A DNA stretch of 50,619 nt, from NCBI GenBank assembly GCA_030619715.1, contig JAUXAW010000003.1, positions 1-50,619 of the forward strand. Direction: 5' to 3'. The position numbers were made by a program, and so were the translations under genes. Of the stretch, positions 41,624-48,216 are shown one piece after another; the stretch's first letter is position 1; each line of letters opens with the position of its first letter. Under the pieces are notes generated by a model, which had not been told where the DNA came from, ran no database searches, and saw only the letters and a list, made by a program, of their open reading frames with translations. The DNA is from a candidate division WWE3 bacterium (GTDB lineage: Bacteria; Patescibacteriota; WWE3; JAUXAW01).

Positions 41624-41730
41624 CAAATCCCAAATCTCAAATCCCAATGAAGCTCCAATGTATCAATTTTCAAACGTTTGAAAATTTGGTCATTGAGATT
41701 TCATTGAAAATTGGAGCTTGAAAATTGAAA
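41624..41730. repeat. Composite element: CAAATCC CAAATCT CAAATCC array, then a large imperfect hairpin centred on the palindrome TTTTCAAACGTTTGAAAA, then TTGAAAA repeats
   Basis: AAGCTCCAAT (41650-41659) pairs with ATTGGAGCTT (41710-41719). Central 18-bp palindrome at 41667-41684. Fills the spacer between the M50 and DUF72 genes. Confidence 0.8.
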
Positions 41731-41733
41731 ATT

Positions 41734-42303
41734 TTAGTCTATGACAAATGAGAACACGAAGGCCGTGATTATCATCGCTCCATAAACACCCTTATTCCAC
41801 CTCCAAATCTTCGGTCCGTCGAAGTTGCCGAAGGGTAAAAGGTTGAAGAAGGCCCACCAGGAGTTGATGGCGAACCCCTGAGATAGAATCGAAAAGGATT
41901 GACGAGTGGGATTAAGAAGGATGGAGAGAATCAGGAGGAATGAGGCGAGGAGAAGGCTGGCGCCGGGGCCGGCGGCGGAGATTTTGCCGTTTTCTTCGTT
42001 CGTCGGTAGGCCAGCGATAAAGACCGCTCCGGGAGCAACGAAGACAAAGCCGGTAAAGGAGAGGAGGATGGCGAGGACGAGCATTGTGTCAAAAGCACGG
42101 AATTCAGCCGGAAAACCGAAACGTTGGGCGACGAACTTGTGTCCTATTTCGTGGACGAGGAAGCCAACACCGACGGTTAGAGCGGAAAGGGCCAGCAGCC
42201 GTGGACTAAACGGAGAGCCATTGCGGCTGGCAATGGCAAAAGCGAGGGAGATGGCCGCCCAGGCCTTCAATAATTCCTTGATTTCGGTGTCAGAAAAAAA
42301 CAT
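41734..42303 (-). CDS. Site-2 protease family (peptidase M50) membrane metalloprotease
   Basis: HEIGH zinc motif and NLLPFGNFDG second motif. Multiple TM helices. Confidence 0.8.
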   Translation of the reverse strand: MFFSDTEIKELLKAWAAISLAFAIASRNGSPFSPRLLALSALTVGVGFLVHEIGHKFVAQRFGFPAEFRAFDTMLVLAILLSFTGFVFVAPGAVFIAGLPTNEENGKISAAGPGASLLLASFLLILSILLNPTRQSFSILSQGFAINSWWAFFNLLPFGNFDGPKIWRWNKGVYGAMIITAFVFSFVID

Positions 42304-42512
42304 CAGACTTCATTAAAATTCGCCCTTCGATAACTTTGGTCGGCGGGATTAAAAATATAAATCCGTCCGCACTTGCAGGTTACCTTCTCGGTACCGTCGT
42401 CGCGGCTAACACGGTCGGCTTTGCTCAATGGCATTCCGCAGGCGACACACATCCCGCGCTTTAAGAATTGCATCTGAATCGGTCTAATGAGGGCTTTAAT
42501 CGCTTCTTTCAC
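42303..42512 (-). CDS. Zinc-ribbon miniprotein (about 69 aa; start uncertain)
   Basis: CVACG...CKCG. GTG 42512 preceded by GGTGAGG. Stop overlaps the M50 start (TGATG). Confidence 0.4.
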   Translation of the reverse strand: MKEAIKALIRPIQMQFLKRGMCVACGMPLSKADRVSRDDGTEKVTCKCGRIYIFNPADQSYRRANFNEV

Positions 42513-42543
42513 TCTGACCTCACCACCTCTCACGACCGCAACC

Positions 42544-43677
42544 CTAAGGGTTGCGAATTTCCAACTTTCGTAGCGCTTCACGCCCCAAATTTACCATCGC
42601 TCCAACGGCGGCAAATATACTCAGAATGCGGACAAAGGTCCCAACGACGGGAACGGCGAAAACCAACTGTAGTAATAGCAAACCAACGGTCATCATCGCG
42701 TAGCGATTCTCCTTGAAGTTCGCTAGGTCAAAAACCTTTTGGCCAACAAACAGGCCGGTAAAAAGCGAACTCAGCGAAATCATCAGGGCGTAGACCACGC
42801 CTAAAATTGCTGCCAGCGGGACGCCGATGATGGTAATCGCCAAGATGATGATGACGATTGGGGTTAGAATGATACTCAGGAACCCTAGGCCCAAACTCCT
42901 CCACGGCTGCTCACCGATCAGTTTGCTGACGGCACTGACCTGCCGCGGTGCGATCTTCAGTAGCACTAAGCCGGTAAGAAGCATGCTTAGGTAGGAAAGT
43001 AGACGGAATCTTAAGAATACTCCTCTTGCTTTTTTGGGTACCACCCGGGTTAGAGCTTTTCCGACCGCCGCCCTCTGGACGGTGCCGGCAATTTTCGCCT
43101 GGGCCGAAACCGAGGCCTCCTTGTCAGAGGTGTAGGCGAGATTGCCATCAAGGATCGCCGTTTTCGTGACGGTGATCGTCTGCGCGGTGGCGTTAATGTT
43201 CCCACCGACTCTTCCGGCTAAGGTTGCTTCGTCGGCATAAGCTAAAGCATTGCCATCGATGTTTCCTAAGTGGACAATAGTTCTTCCACCGGTGACAATA
43301 TCTCCGTCAACATTGGCGTCGCTGCCGAAGGTGATTGTTCCCCCGAGAGCGGTGACATTTTTGCCGACTTTGCCGTCGATGGTCACTATTCCCCCGGCGG
43401 CGCGGACATCGTCGGAGACCTTACCTTTGATCGTGACCACTCCCCCACCGACGATCAGATCGCCGTTGATGGTGCCGTCGATGGTGACGAAGGAACCAAA
43501 AAGGTAGGCGTCGCCGTTGATGGTGCCGCTAACGGTGACATTGTTTCCGGCGTTGAGGTAGGGACCTTCGATCACTTCGTCTTTGCTAACGGTGACATCT
43601 TTTGCCAACGCTTCCCCTTTGAGGACAAACGCAAGGGTTAGAAGTATTAAACTTACGGACAGGACTTTTTTCAACAA
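42544..43677 (-). CDS. Membrane protein with bactofilin-like (polymer-forming, beta-helix) repeats and a C-terminal 4-TM region
   Basis: Repeated G.v.i.G.v.GD units (TIDGTINGDLIVGGGVVTIKGKV...). Signal peptide. TTG 43677 after GAGGTGA. The longer ORF-track model runs into tRNA-Leu. Confidence 0.55.
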   Translation of the reverse strand: MLKKVLSVSLILLTLAFVLKGEALAKDVTVSKDEVIEGPYLNAGNNVTVSGTINGDAYLFGSFVTIDGTINGDLIVGGGVVTIKGKVSDDVRAAGGIVTIDGKVGKNVTALGGTITFGSDANVDGDIVTGGRTIVHLGNIDGNALAYADEATLAGRVGGNINATAQTITVTKTAILDGNLAYTSDKEASVSAQAKIAGTVQRAAVGKALTRVVPKKARGVFLRFRLLSYLSMLLTGLVLLKIAPRQVSAVSKLIGEQPWRSLGLGFLSIILTPIVIIILAITIIGVPLAAILGVVYALMISLSSLFTGLFVGQKVFDLANFKENRYAMMTVGLLLLQLVFAVPVVGTFVRILSIFAAVGAMVNLGREALRKLEIRNP

Positions 43678-43701
43678 TATTCTCACCTCTTTTCGTTGAT
43701 T

Positions 43702-43790
43702 TGGTGTCGCGGGGGAGGGTCGAACTCCCACGGGCTTTCACGCCCACATGGTCCTAAGCCATGCGCGTCTGCCAATTCCGCCACCGCGAC
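43702..43790 (-). tRNA. tRNA-Leu (anticodon TAG), long variable arm, CCA encoded
   Basis: GTCGCGG/CCGCGAC acceptor, anticodon loop CTTAGGA, variable arm TGGGCGTGAAAGCCCGT. Confidence 0.92.
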
Positions 43791-43828
43791 TCGTTTGATG
43801 AAATCTTAGCATAAATGGTGTCAGTGAG

Positions 43829-44371
43829 TCAATAATTTATTTCCTCCATAAATCCCTCGACGGCCGCGATCCAGCGGAGGTAGTTGGGAGGACAATAGGA
43901 AGGGCCGATTTCGGCGGGAGTGTCAATACCGAGCTTGATGCAGCGCTCGTAGAGCTCGTAGGCGACGGTCCGAATTCCCTCATCGAAAGATTCAAAGTAA
44001 ACGTATCCCCCACCCCAGCCAAAGGGGTTGTAGGAACCATCGAGCTGAGCTCGACCGAAGTTGGATTCGATTCCGGCGACCGCCGGCAGGAAGCGGTAGT
44101 CCAGACCGTATTCGTCGGCGACCTCAACAAAGGTTTCGGCAGAATCGGCCAGAGGTGAATTTTTGGACTTGAGGTAGGCCTCAAGAATTTCCACCCGTCG
44201 GTCTTTCTCAATCTTGACCTCGGCGGTTAAAGTGTTGACAACGGGCTCAGCGCCGGCAGCGAGTGCGGTGTTTTTGGTTTGATATTGAAGTTTTAGATTG
44301 ACCGCCGGTAGTACTAATGCCAGCAGGACCAGACCTAAAACTACTCCTCGGGCAAAATTTTTGGTAAACAT
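43829..44371 (-). CDS. Membrane-anchored lysozyme-like / transglycosylase-like protein (paralogue of 44490-45104)
   Basis: N-terminal TM. AVAGIESNFG...SYNPFGWGG...YCPPN. Start ATG 44371, because the promoter -10 (44457-44452) lies inside the longer model. Confidence 0.6.
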   Translation of the reverse strand: MFTKNFARGVVLGLVLLALVLPAVNLKLQYQTKNTALAAGAEPVVNTLTAEVKIEKDRRVEILEAYLKSKNSPLADSAETFVEVADEYGLDYRFLPAVAGIESNFGRAQLDGSYNPFGWGGGYVYFESFDEGIRTVAYELYERCIKLGIDTPAEIGPSYCPPNYLRWIAAVEGFMEEINY

Positions 44372-44451
44372 AGTTAACCTCTGAGTTTTCTGATCCTCCG
44401 AACGAGAAAGGCCTAGAAACCGTTCCGTAGAGCCGTCTCTAGGCTGACAAT

Positions 44452-44480
44452 ATTTTACCACAGGTTCGTCAACTTGTCAA
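44452..44480 (-). promoter_or_regulatory. Promoter: -35 TTGACA (44480-44475), 17 nt, TGg-TAAAAT (44457-44452)
   Basis: Read on the minus strand. About 75-nt leader containing a CCTAGAG...CTAGG hairpin. Confidence 0.6.
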
Positions 44481-44489
44481 GTTCTGTAG

Positions 44490-45104
44490 TTAGAAGTTTT
44501 CAAGTTCCCACATGAAGTACTGGATAGCTTTGGCCCAGCTGCCGCCTTTGGCAATACTCAGCGGGCAGTAGCGGGTCATAATTTGTTCGGGAGTGACGAG
44601 GCCGCGGTCGATGTAATCGGTTTTTAAGCCCTTGGTAACCGTTTCGATCGCCTTCTCCCAAGTCTCAAAATATTTGGTGTAGGTTGAGTGAATCGCCCAG
44701 CCCCAGGCGTTGTACGAATCGGCGGGAATGCTCTTGCCGCAGTTTGATTCGGCCATACAGATCGCGGTTGTCAGCCGCCAGTCAAGCCCGTATTTTTCTG
44801 CCTCGTCAACGACTTTTTGGGCGTAGGGAGCGAGGGGCGAGTGCTGTCGAGCTAAATACTGCTGGATGATGGCGGCTTTGCCGTCGGCGCCGGTAATCTG
44901 GGCGTCAGATGTGCCCAAAACGGGTGGTTGGGAGTTAAAGATGGAATAGACCGGTCTTTCGAGTTTTTCTTTGATGCTCCGGGCGGTTTGGGGGTGGGAC
45001 AAAAGGTAGAACGATGAGCCAAGGACAACGAAAACGGTCAAGCCGAAGAACAGAAGGGGCAGTGCAAAGAGTGTGAGGGACGTAATTAAGGCAGGCTTCT
45101 TCAT
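44490..45104 (-). CDS. Membrane-anchored lysozyme-like / transglycosylase-like protein (paralogue of 43829-44371)
   Basis: N-terminal TM. AICMAESNCG...SYNAWGWAI...YCPLS. Same domain order as the downstream paralogue. Confidence 0.6.
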   Translation of the reverse strand: MKKPALITSLTLFALPLLFFGLTVFVVLGSSFYLLSHPQTARSIKEKLERPVYSIFNSQPPVLGTSDAQITGADGKAAIIQQYLARQHSPLAPYAQKVVDEAEKYGLDWRLTTAICMAESNCGKSIPADSYNAWGWAIHSTYTKYFETWEKAIETVTKGLKTDYIDRGLVTPEQIMTRYCPLSIAKGGSWAKAIQYFMWELENF

Positions 45105-45113
45105 CCAAGGGTA

Positions 45114-45143
45114 AGTCTAGAACATAGAACGACCACTTGTCAA
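45114..45143 (-). promoter_or_regulatory. Promoter: -35 TTGACA (45143-45138), 18 nt, -10 TAGACT (45119-45114); ATG 45104 lies 9 nt downstream
   Basis: Read on the minus strand. Its -35 overlaps the -35 of the divergent tRNA-array promoter. Confidence 0.5.
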
Positions 45144-45165
45144 ATCGGAAATTGTGTGGTAAGAT
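45137..45165 (+). promoter_or_regulatory. tRNA-array promoter: -35 TTGTCA (45137-45142), 17 nt, TGTGG-TAAGAT (45160-45165)
   Basis: Read directly, 14 nt upstream of the first tRNA. Confidence 0.6.
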
Positions 45166-45179
45166 AAGGCAGGATGCGG

Positions 45180-45266
45180 GCGGATGTGGCGGAACTGGCA
45201 GACGCGCAGCGTTCAGAACGCTGTGCTCGAAAGAGCGTGTGAGTTCAAGTCTCACCATCCGCACCA
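45180..45266 (+). tRNA. tRNA-Leu (anticodon CAG), CCA encoded
   Basis: GCGGATG/CATCCGC acceptor, anticodon loop TTCAGAA, long variable arm. Confidence 0.92.
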
Positions 45267-45275
45267 TAAAGACTG

Positions 45276-45364
45276 GCGGACGTGGTGGAATTGGTAGACA
45301 CGCAGCCTTGAGGTGGCTGTGCCCGTGAAAGGGCGTGAAGGTTCAAATCCTTTCGTCCGCACCA
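45276..45364 (+). tRNA. tRNA-Leu (anticodon GAG), CCA encoded
   Basis: GCGGACG/CGTCCGC acceptor, anticodon loop TTGAGGT, long variable arm. Confidence 0.92.
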
Positions 45365-45365
45365 T

Positions 45366-45441
45366 GGTCGGATAGCTCAGCTGGAAGAGCGTCTGGTTTA
45401 CATCCAGGAGGTCAGAGGTTCGAGCCCTCTTCCGACCACCA
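45366..45441 (+). tRNA. tRNA-Val (anticodon TAC), CCA encoded
   Basis: GGTCGGA/TCCGACC acceptor, anticodon loop TTTACAT. Confidence 0.92.
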
Positions 45442-45450
45442 TTTCAATAA

Positions 45451-45526
45451 GCTGAGGTAGCAAAGTTGGTCAATGCACCGCTCTGAAAAAGCGGCCATGT
45501 CGGTTCGATTCCGACCCTCAGCACCA
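45451..45526 (+). tRNA. tRNA-Phe (anticodon GAA), CCA encoded
   Basis: GCTGAGG/CCTCAGC acceptor, anticodon loop CTGAAAA. Confidence 0.92.
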
Positions 45527-45527
45527 C

Positions 45528-45602
45528 GCGAGGGTAGTTCAGAGGTAGAACGTCTCGTTGCCAACGAGAAGGTCGCGGGTTCAAGTCCCGTCCCTCGCTC
45601 CA
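45528..45602 (+). tRNA. tRNA-Gly (anticodon GCC), CCA encoded
   Basis: GCGAGGG/CCCTCGC acceptor, anticodon loop TTGCCAA. Confidence 0.92.
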
Positions 45603-45625
45603 ATACTACAAGACCTAAATTAGCA

Positions 45626-45681
45626 GAACGGTCCGATGCCCATCGGACGGGTCGTGGGTTTGAGTCCCATCGCCCGCTCCA
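45626..45681 (+). pseudogene. 5'-truncated tRNA-Gly-like fragment (CCC in an 8-nt anticodon loop)
   Basis: From the D-stem 3' strand to CCA it parallels the adjacent tRNA-Gly (GGTCGTGGGTTTGAGTCCCATCGCCCGCTCCA). No GCGGGCG 5' acceptor strand or D-arm 5' half upstream. Confidence 0.6.
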
Positions 45682-45690
45682 TGGGTTTTT
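45666..45690 (+). terminator. Possible terminator of the tRNA array, built from the tRNA fragment
   Basis: CCCAT (45666-45670) pairs with ATGGG (45681-45685), followed by TTTTT. The stem is short. Confidence 0.35.
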
Positions 45691-45714
45691 GGGGGAAATT
45701 GGTTAATTTTCTTC

Positions 45715-45742
45715 ATTTACCATAAACTGGATTATGGTAATC
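45715..45742. repeat. P2 site a (dif-like 11-6-11): ATTTACCATAA ACTGGA TTATGGTAATC
   Basis: Read directly. Overlaps the stop codon of the TrpR/YerC-like gene. Confidence 0.85.
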
Positions 45743-46046
45743 AAAGGTTAAGAATTCTCTTTTTGAAAGAGGTACCATACCTTCTTAGAGTGTTTTGAGC
45801 GCGGGCGATTGTGGTAGAACCAACCTTCAACTCATCTTTAATATCTTGATACGGCTTTTTCTCGATAACCTTCTTAAAAACTTCCAATCTCTTAGCCAGA
45901 ATTAAAACTTCGGAGGAGGTTAGAAACTTTCCCCAAAATTCTCGAGCCGCAGCAGAAGAACTAAAAGAAGACAATGCTCTCCATAAATTTCTTTTCAATC
46001 TATTCTCCACCTTTATGTCAACTGTAAAGCGGTTTATCTTTCCCAT
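45741..46046 (-). CDS. TrpR-related YerC/YecD-family DNA-binding protein
   Basis: 101 aa. FLTSSEVLILAKRLEVFK...YQDIKDELKVGSTTIARAQN is the typical family HTH region, as recalled. Confidence 0.7.
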   Translation of the reverse strand: MGKINRFTVDIKVENRLKRNLWRALSSFSSSAAAREFWGKFLTSSEVLILAKRLEVFKKVIEKKPYQDIKDELKVGSTTIARAQNTLRRYGTSFKKRILNL

Positions 46047-46069
46047 AATTTTCCCTACCCTATTTTATT

Positions 46070-46097
46070 AGTTACCATAAACTGGATTATGGTAGTT
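46070..46097. repeat. P2 site b: AGTTACCATAA ACTGGA TTATGGTAGTT
   Basis: Read directly. Lies between the YerC-like start and the hydrolase stop. Confidence 0.85.
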
Positions 46098-46103
46098 GAA
46101 GTA

Positions 46104-46661
46104 TTATTCTTCGGTTTCTTCGATAATTTTCAAAAGCGTTGGGAATTGGGCATATTGAGCGCCAACCTCCAGATTAAAATGGCCTTGGCCTTCCTTAACA
46201 ATTAGTTCGGCGGTAAGTTTTTCGGCAATAAACTCGGCGTGGTCGAGAGGAACATAGGGATCGTTGTCTGAGTGGAGAAGAATAATTTTTCTCGCCTGCT
46301 TTTTAATCTTTTCCCAGTTGAAAGGCTCGGAAAAAAGATCTTTAAGGTTTGGCCAACCGAGATCTCCTTTGAAAACGGAGACTAAGAAGGCCCGATCAAC
46401 GACGGTGTCCTCGGGTAGATTTTGCAAGAGATAAAGAATTAAAACCGCACCAGAGCTGTGACCGATGATCAACGAATCCTTATCGAACTCCCAATTGTCA
46501 AGGACATATTTGGCATTCACTTTGGAGCTGGGATACATCGAGTTGGGCAGATCGGGGACCCAAACTTTGTAGCCTTTTTCTTCTAACTCTTGTTTTATCC
46601 ACTGGAACCAGTTTGAGCTTGAGTCGGCTCCGGTGCCGTGAAGAATGAGTGCGTTTTTCAT
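46104..46661 (-). CDS. Alpha/beta hydrolase, RBBP9/YdeN-like serine hydrolase
   Basis: LILHG, nucleophile elbow GHSSG, LLHSDNDPYVP, GHF. TGgTAGGAT lies 9 nt before the ATG (leaderless). Confidence 0.78.
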   Translation of the reverse strand: MKNALILHGTGADSSSNWFQWIKQELEEKGYKVWVPDLPNSMYPSSKVNAKYVLDNWEFDKDSLIIGHSSGAVLILYLLQNLPEDTVVDRAFLVSVFKGDLGWPNLKDLFSEPFNWEKIKKQARKIILLHSDNDPYVPLDHAEFIAEKLTAELIVKEGQGHFNLEVGAQYAQFPTLLKIIEETEE

Positions 46662-46705
46662 TTCAACTTAATCCTACCATAAAGCTACTACCAACGGTCT
46701 GCTTT

Positions 46706-46733
46706 TATTACCATAAACCGGATTATGGTAGTT
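46706..46733. repeat. P2 site c: TATTACCATAA ACCGGA TTATGGTAGTT
   Basis: Read directly. Lies between the hydrolase start and the HExxH-protein stop. A lone half-site CCTACCATAA is at 46673-46682. Confidence 0.85.
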
Positions 46734-46766
46734 AAAATGAGAAACGCCCTAGTGACGCTGGTGCCG

Positions 46767-47204
46767 TCATAGGGCGTTAGTGGTCGGATCTCGACCTTGG
46801 TGGGCTAGTTCCCAGTACTCTTGGATACACCAAGAGTCAATCATAAAATTCGGGAGCGAGGCCCACAAGAGTCCTCCCGCTACAGCCAAGGCAAGAATCG
46901 GGTTTAGGCACCACGCTGTTTTGGAAATAACCAGAATGGTGACGATTGTCCCGATTGGTCCTGCGGCGGTAGCGATTGTCCCTCGGGCTGGTGTCAGTCC
47001 CTTCGGAATAGCCACAAAACCTGCCGGCAGAAACTTTTTTTGCCAAGGAGCTATGCAGGAGAACCACGGTCTGTCTTCACGAGGGAGTATAGGCGCCAGG
47101 CCTATCCCCCACGATGGTGGTCTCGATCCAACCAGCAGGTAGCCAGTAAGGTGCGATCCCTCATGAATGGCTACCCACACCCACAGTAAGATATTTTTTA
47201 TCAT
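46767..47204 (-). CDS. Small membrane protein with an HExxH motif (putative zinc metallopeptidase-like)
   Basis: IHEGSHL near the N-terminus, 3-4 hydrophobic segments. GGAGGAGG Shine-Dalgarno site. Family not assignable. Confidence 0.5.
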   Translation of the reverse strand: MIKNILLWVWVAIHEGSHLTGYLLVGSRPPSWGIGLAPILPREDRPWFSCIAPWQKKFLPAGFVAIPKGLTPARGTIATAAGPIGTIVTILVISKTAWCLNPILALAVAGGLLWASLPNFMIDSWCIQEYWELAHQGRDPTTNAL

Positions 47205-47371
47205 CAGCCTCCTCCTTTCCGTTGTGTTGTGTGAAAGACTTACCTTACCAGACCATCCAGAAACCGGATTTTCCGAGCAAACCGGTGAGGTTAGTTTTGT
47301 TTGTTAAGGTACAAAGAAACGCCTTGGAGAGGCGCTATTACACCCTCTCCAGTATTTTGATTTCTGGTCGT

Positions 47372-47412
47372 ATTTTACCACAAACTCATAGTTTTGTCAA
47401 GGGTGGGTTGAG
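47372..47412 (-). promoter_or_regulatory. Promoter (-35 TTGACA 47400-47395, 17 nt, TGTGG-TAAAAT 47377-47372), copy 1 of a duplicated 37-nt promoter block
   Basis: 47376-47412 matches 48168-48204 at 35 of 37 positions. About 160-nt leader to ATG 47204. Confidence 0.65.
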
Positions 47413-47448
47413 AAGTTTTGGGCAGGCAAGTCGCAAGGTTTTTCGGAG

Positions 47449-47488
47449 ACAAAAATAAGAACGGGGAGAGCTTGATGAGCTTCCCCCC
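47449..47488 (-). terminator. Intrinsic terminator after the macro-domain gene
   Basis: Minus strand: GGGGGAAGCT CATCA AGCTCTCCCC followed by GTTCTTATTTTTG. Confidence 0.55.
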
Positions 47489-47509
47489 GCCCAGGGTGAG
47501 ACGGTAATG

Positions 47510-48055
47510 TTACACGCTGCCGGGCAGGCGCCTCATTGCCTCCGCCAACATAGCCTCTGCCAACATACGCTGTGTGCCTGCGTTGCTATACACGACGAAA
47601 TACACAACTATATCAAGGTTGTGATTCTCCGTGTAGAAATCGTGCGTAGCTTTCGCAATGGCCTGCACAGTCGTCCGAGCATCGGGCTCGTCGGGGTGGA
47701 CACCCAGCGTCACGCCTGTGCGTATAGCCGGGAAAGCCAACCTTTTGTACCCGTGCTCTTTGGCTGCCTCTAGTGCACTCTTGACCAGCGGGCCCACAGG
47801 ACCCTCCAGATCGTCGACGACGAAGATGACGTCGTCAAACTCCCCTAGATGCAGCTCGTGGTCGCCTTTTGCCACAACGACCTGCTGGTTCCTCAAGGGC
47901 GTCATAGCCCCCGCCTGCCGATGATAACGATTACCGGCGACTGAGTTGATTGCCCTGTCTACACCACCGGACCACATGCCTTCGGAGTTGATGAGGGTCA
48001 CGATGGCGTCGACGGGAATGGTGGTGATGTCCCCTGATCGTACCTGTACTTGCAT
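47510..48055 (-). CDS. Macro-domain protein (ADP-ribose binding/hydrolase-like)
   Basis: MQVQVRSGDITTIPVDAIVTLINSEG...GGVDRAI... Start ATG 48055 after AAGGAGG. Visibly GC-richer than most of the window. Confidence 0.75.
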   Translation of the reverse strand: MQVQVRSGDITTIPVDAIVTLINSEGMWSGGVDRAINSVAGNRYHRQAGAMTPLRNQQVVVAKGDHELHLGEFDDVIFVVDDLEGPVGPLVKSALEAAKEHGYKRLAFPAIRTGVTLGVHPDEPDARTTVQAIAKATHDFYTENHNLDIVVYFVVYSNAGTQRMLAEAMLAEAMRRLPGSV

Positions 48056-48163
48056 CTCTCTGCCTCCTTTGCAGATTTGGCCTCGCTGTTTTGGCAAGGC
48101 ACTAGAATGGTGAATAAAAGGTTTTAACTGTCCCTCTCTTCGGTGCTCCAGTCTTTTGAGACA

Positions 48164-48204
48164 GTTATACCACAAACTCATAGTTTTGTCAAGAATGGGT
48201 TGAG
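48164..48204 (-). promoter_or_regulatory. Promoter (-35 TTGACA 48192-48187, 17 nt, TGTGG-TATAAC 48169-48164), copy 2 of the duplicated promoter block
   Basis: See 47372-47412. About 100-nt leader to ATG 48055. Confidence 0.65.
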
Positions 48205-48216
48205 GGGGTTCGCCAA

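Noticed and set aside
45603-45690. Sixth intact tRNA, or the tRNA-like 3' end of a tmRNA
   Set aside because: There is no 5' acceptor strand (GCGGGCG) within or upstream of the segment. The D-arm 5' half is missing and the anticodon loop is 8 nt. The upstream sequence is occupied by other tRNAs, so a tmRNA body cannot fit. Called a pseudogene fragment instead.
44935-45706. ORF-track entries 44935-45267, 45137-45328, 45412-45603 and 45473-45706
   Set aside because: They overlap the five well-folded tRNA genes and their promoter, and they have no ribosome-binding sites. They are artefacts of open frames in GC-rich tRNA sequence.
45715-45742. P2 palindromes as Rho-independent terminators
   Set aside because: The stems are 9 bp and AU-rich with no following U-tract on either strand. 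Two copies sit in upstream regions of genes, and the 6-nt centre is conserved in sequence and orientation, which a simple terminator would not require.
47222-47458. 78-aa plus-strand ORF between the HExxH and macro-domain genes
   Set aside because: It starts at a non-ATG codon without a Shine-Dalgarno site. It runs antisense through the predicted promoter, 5' UTR and terminator of minus-strand genes, and it is rich in basic low-complexity residues.
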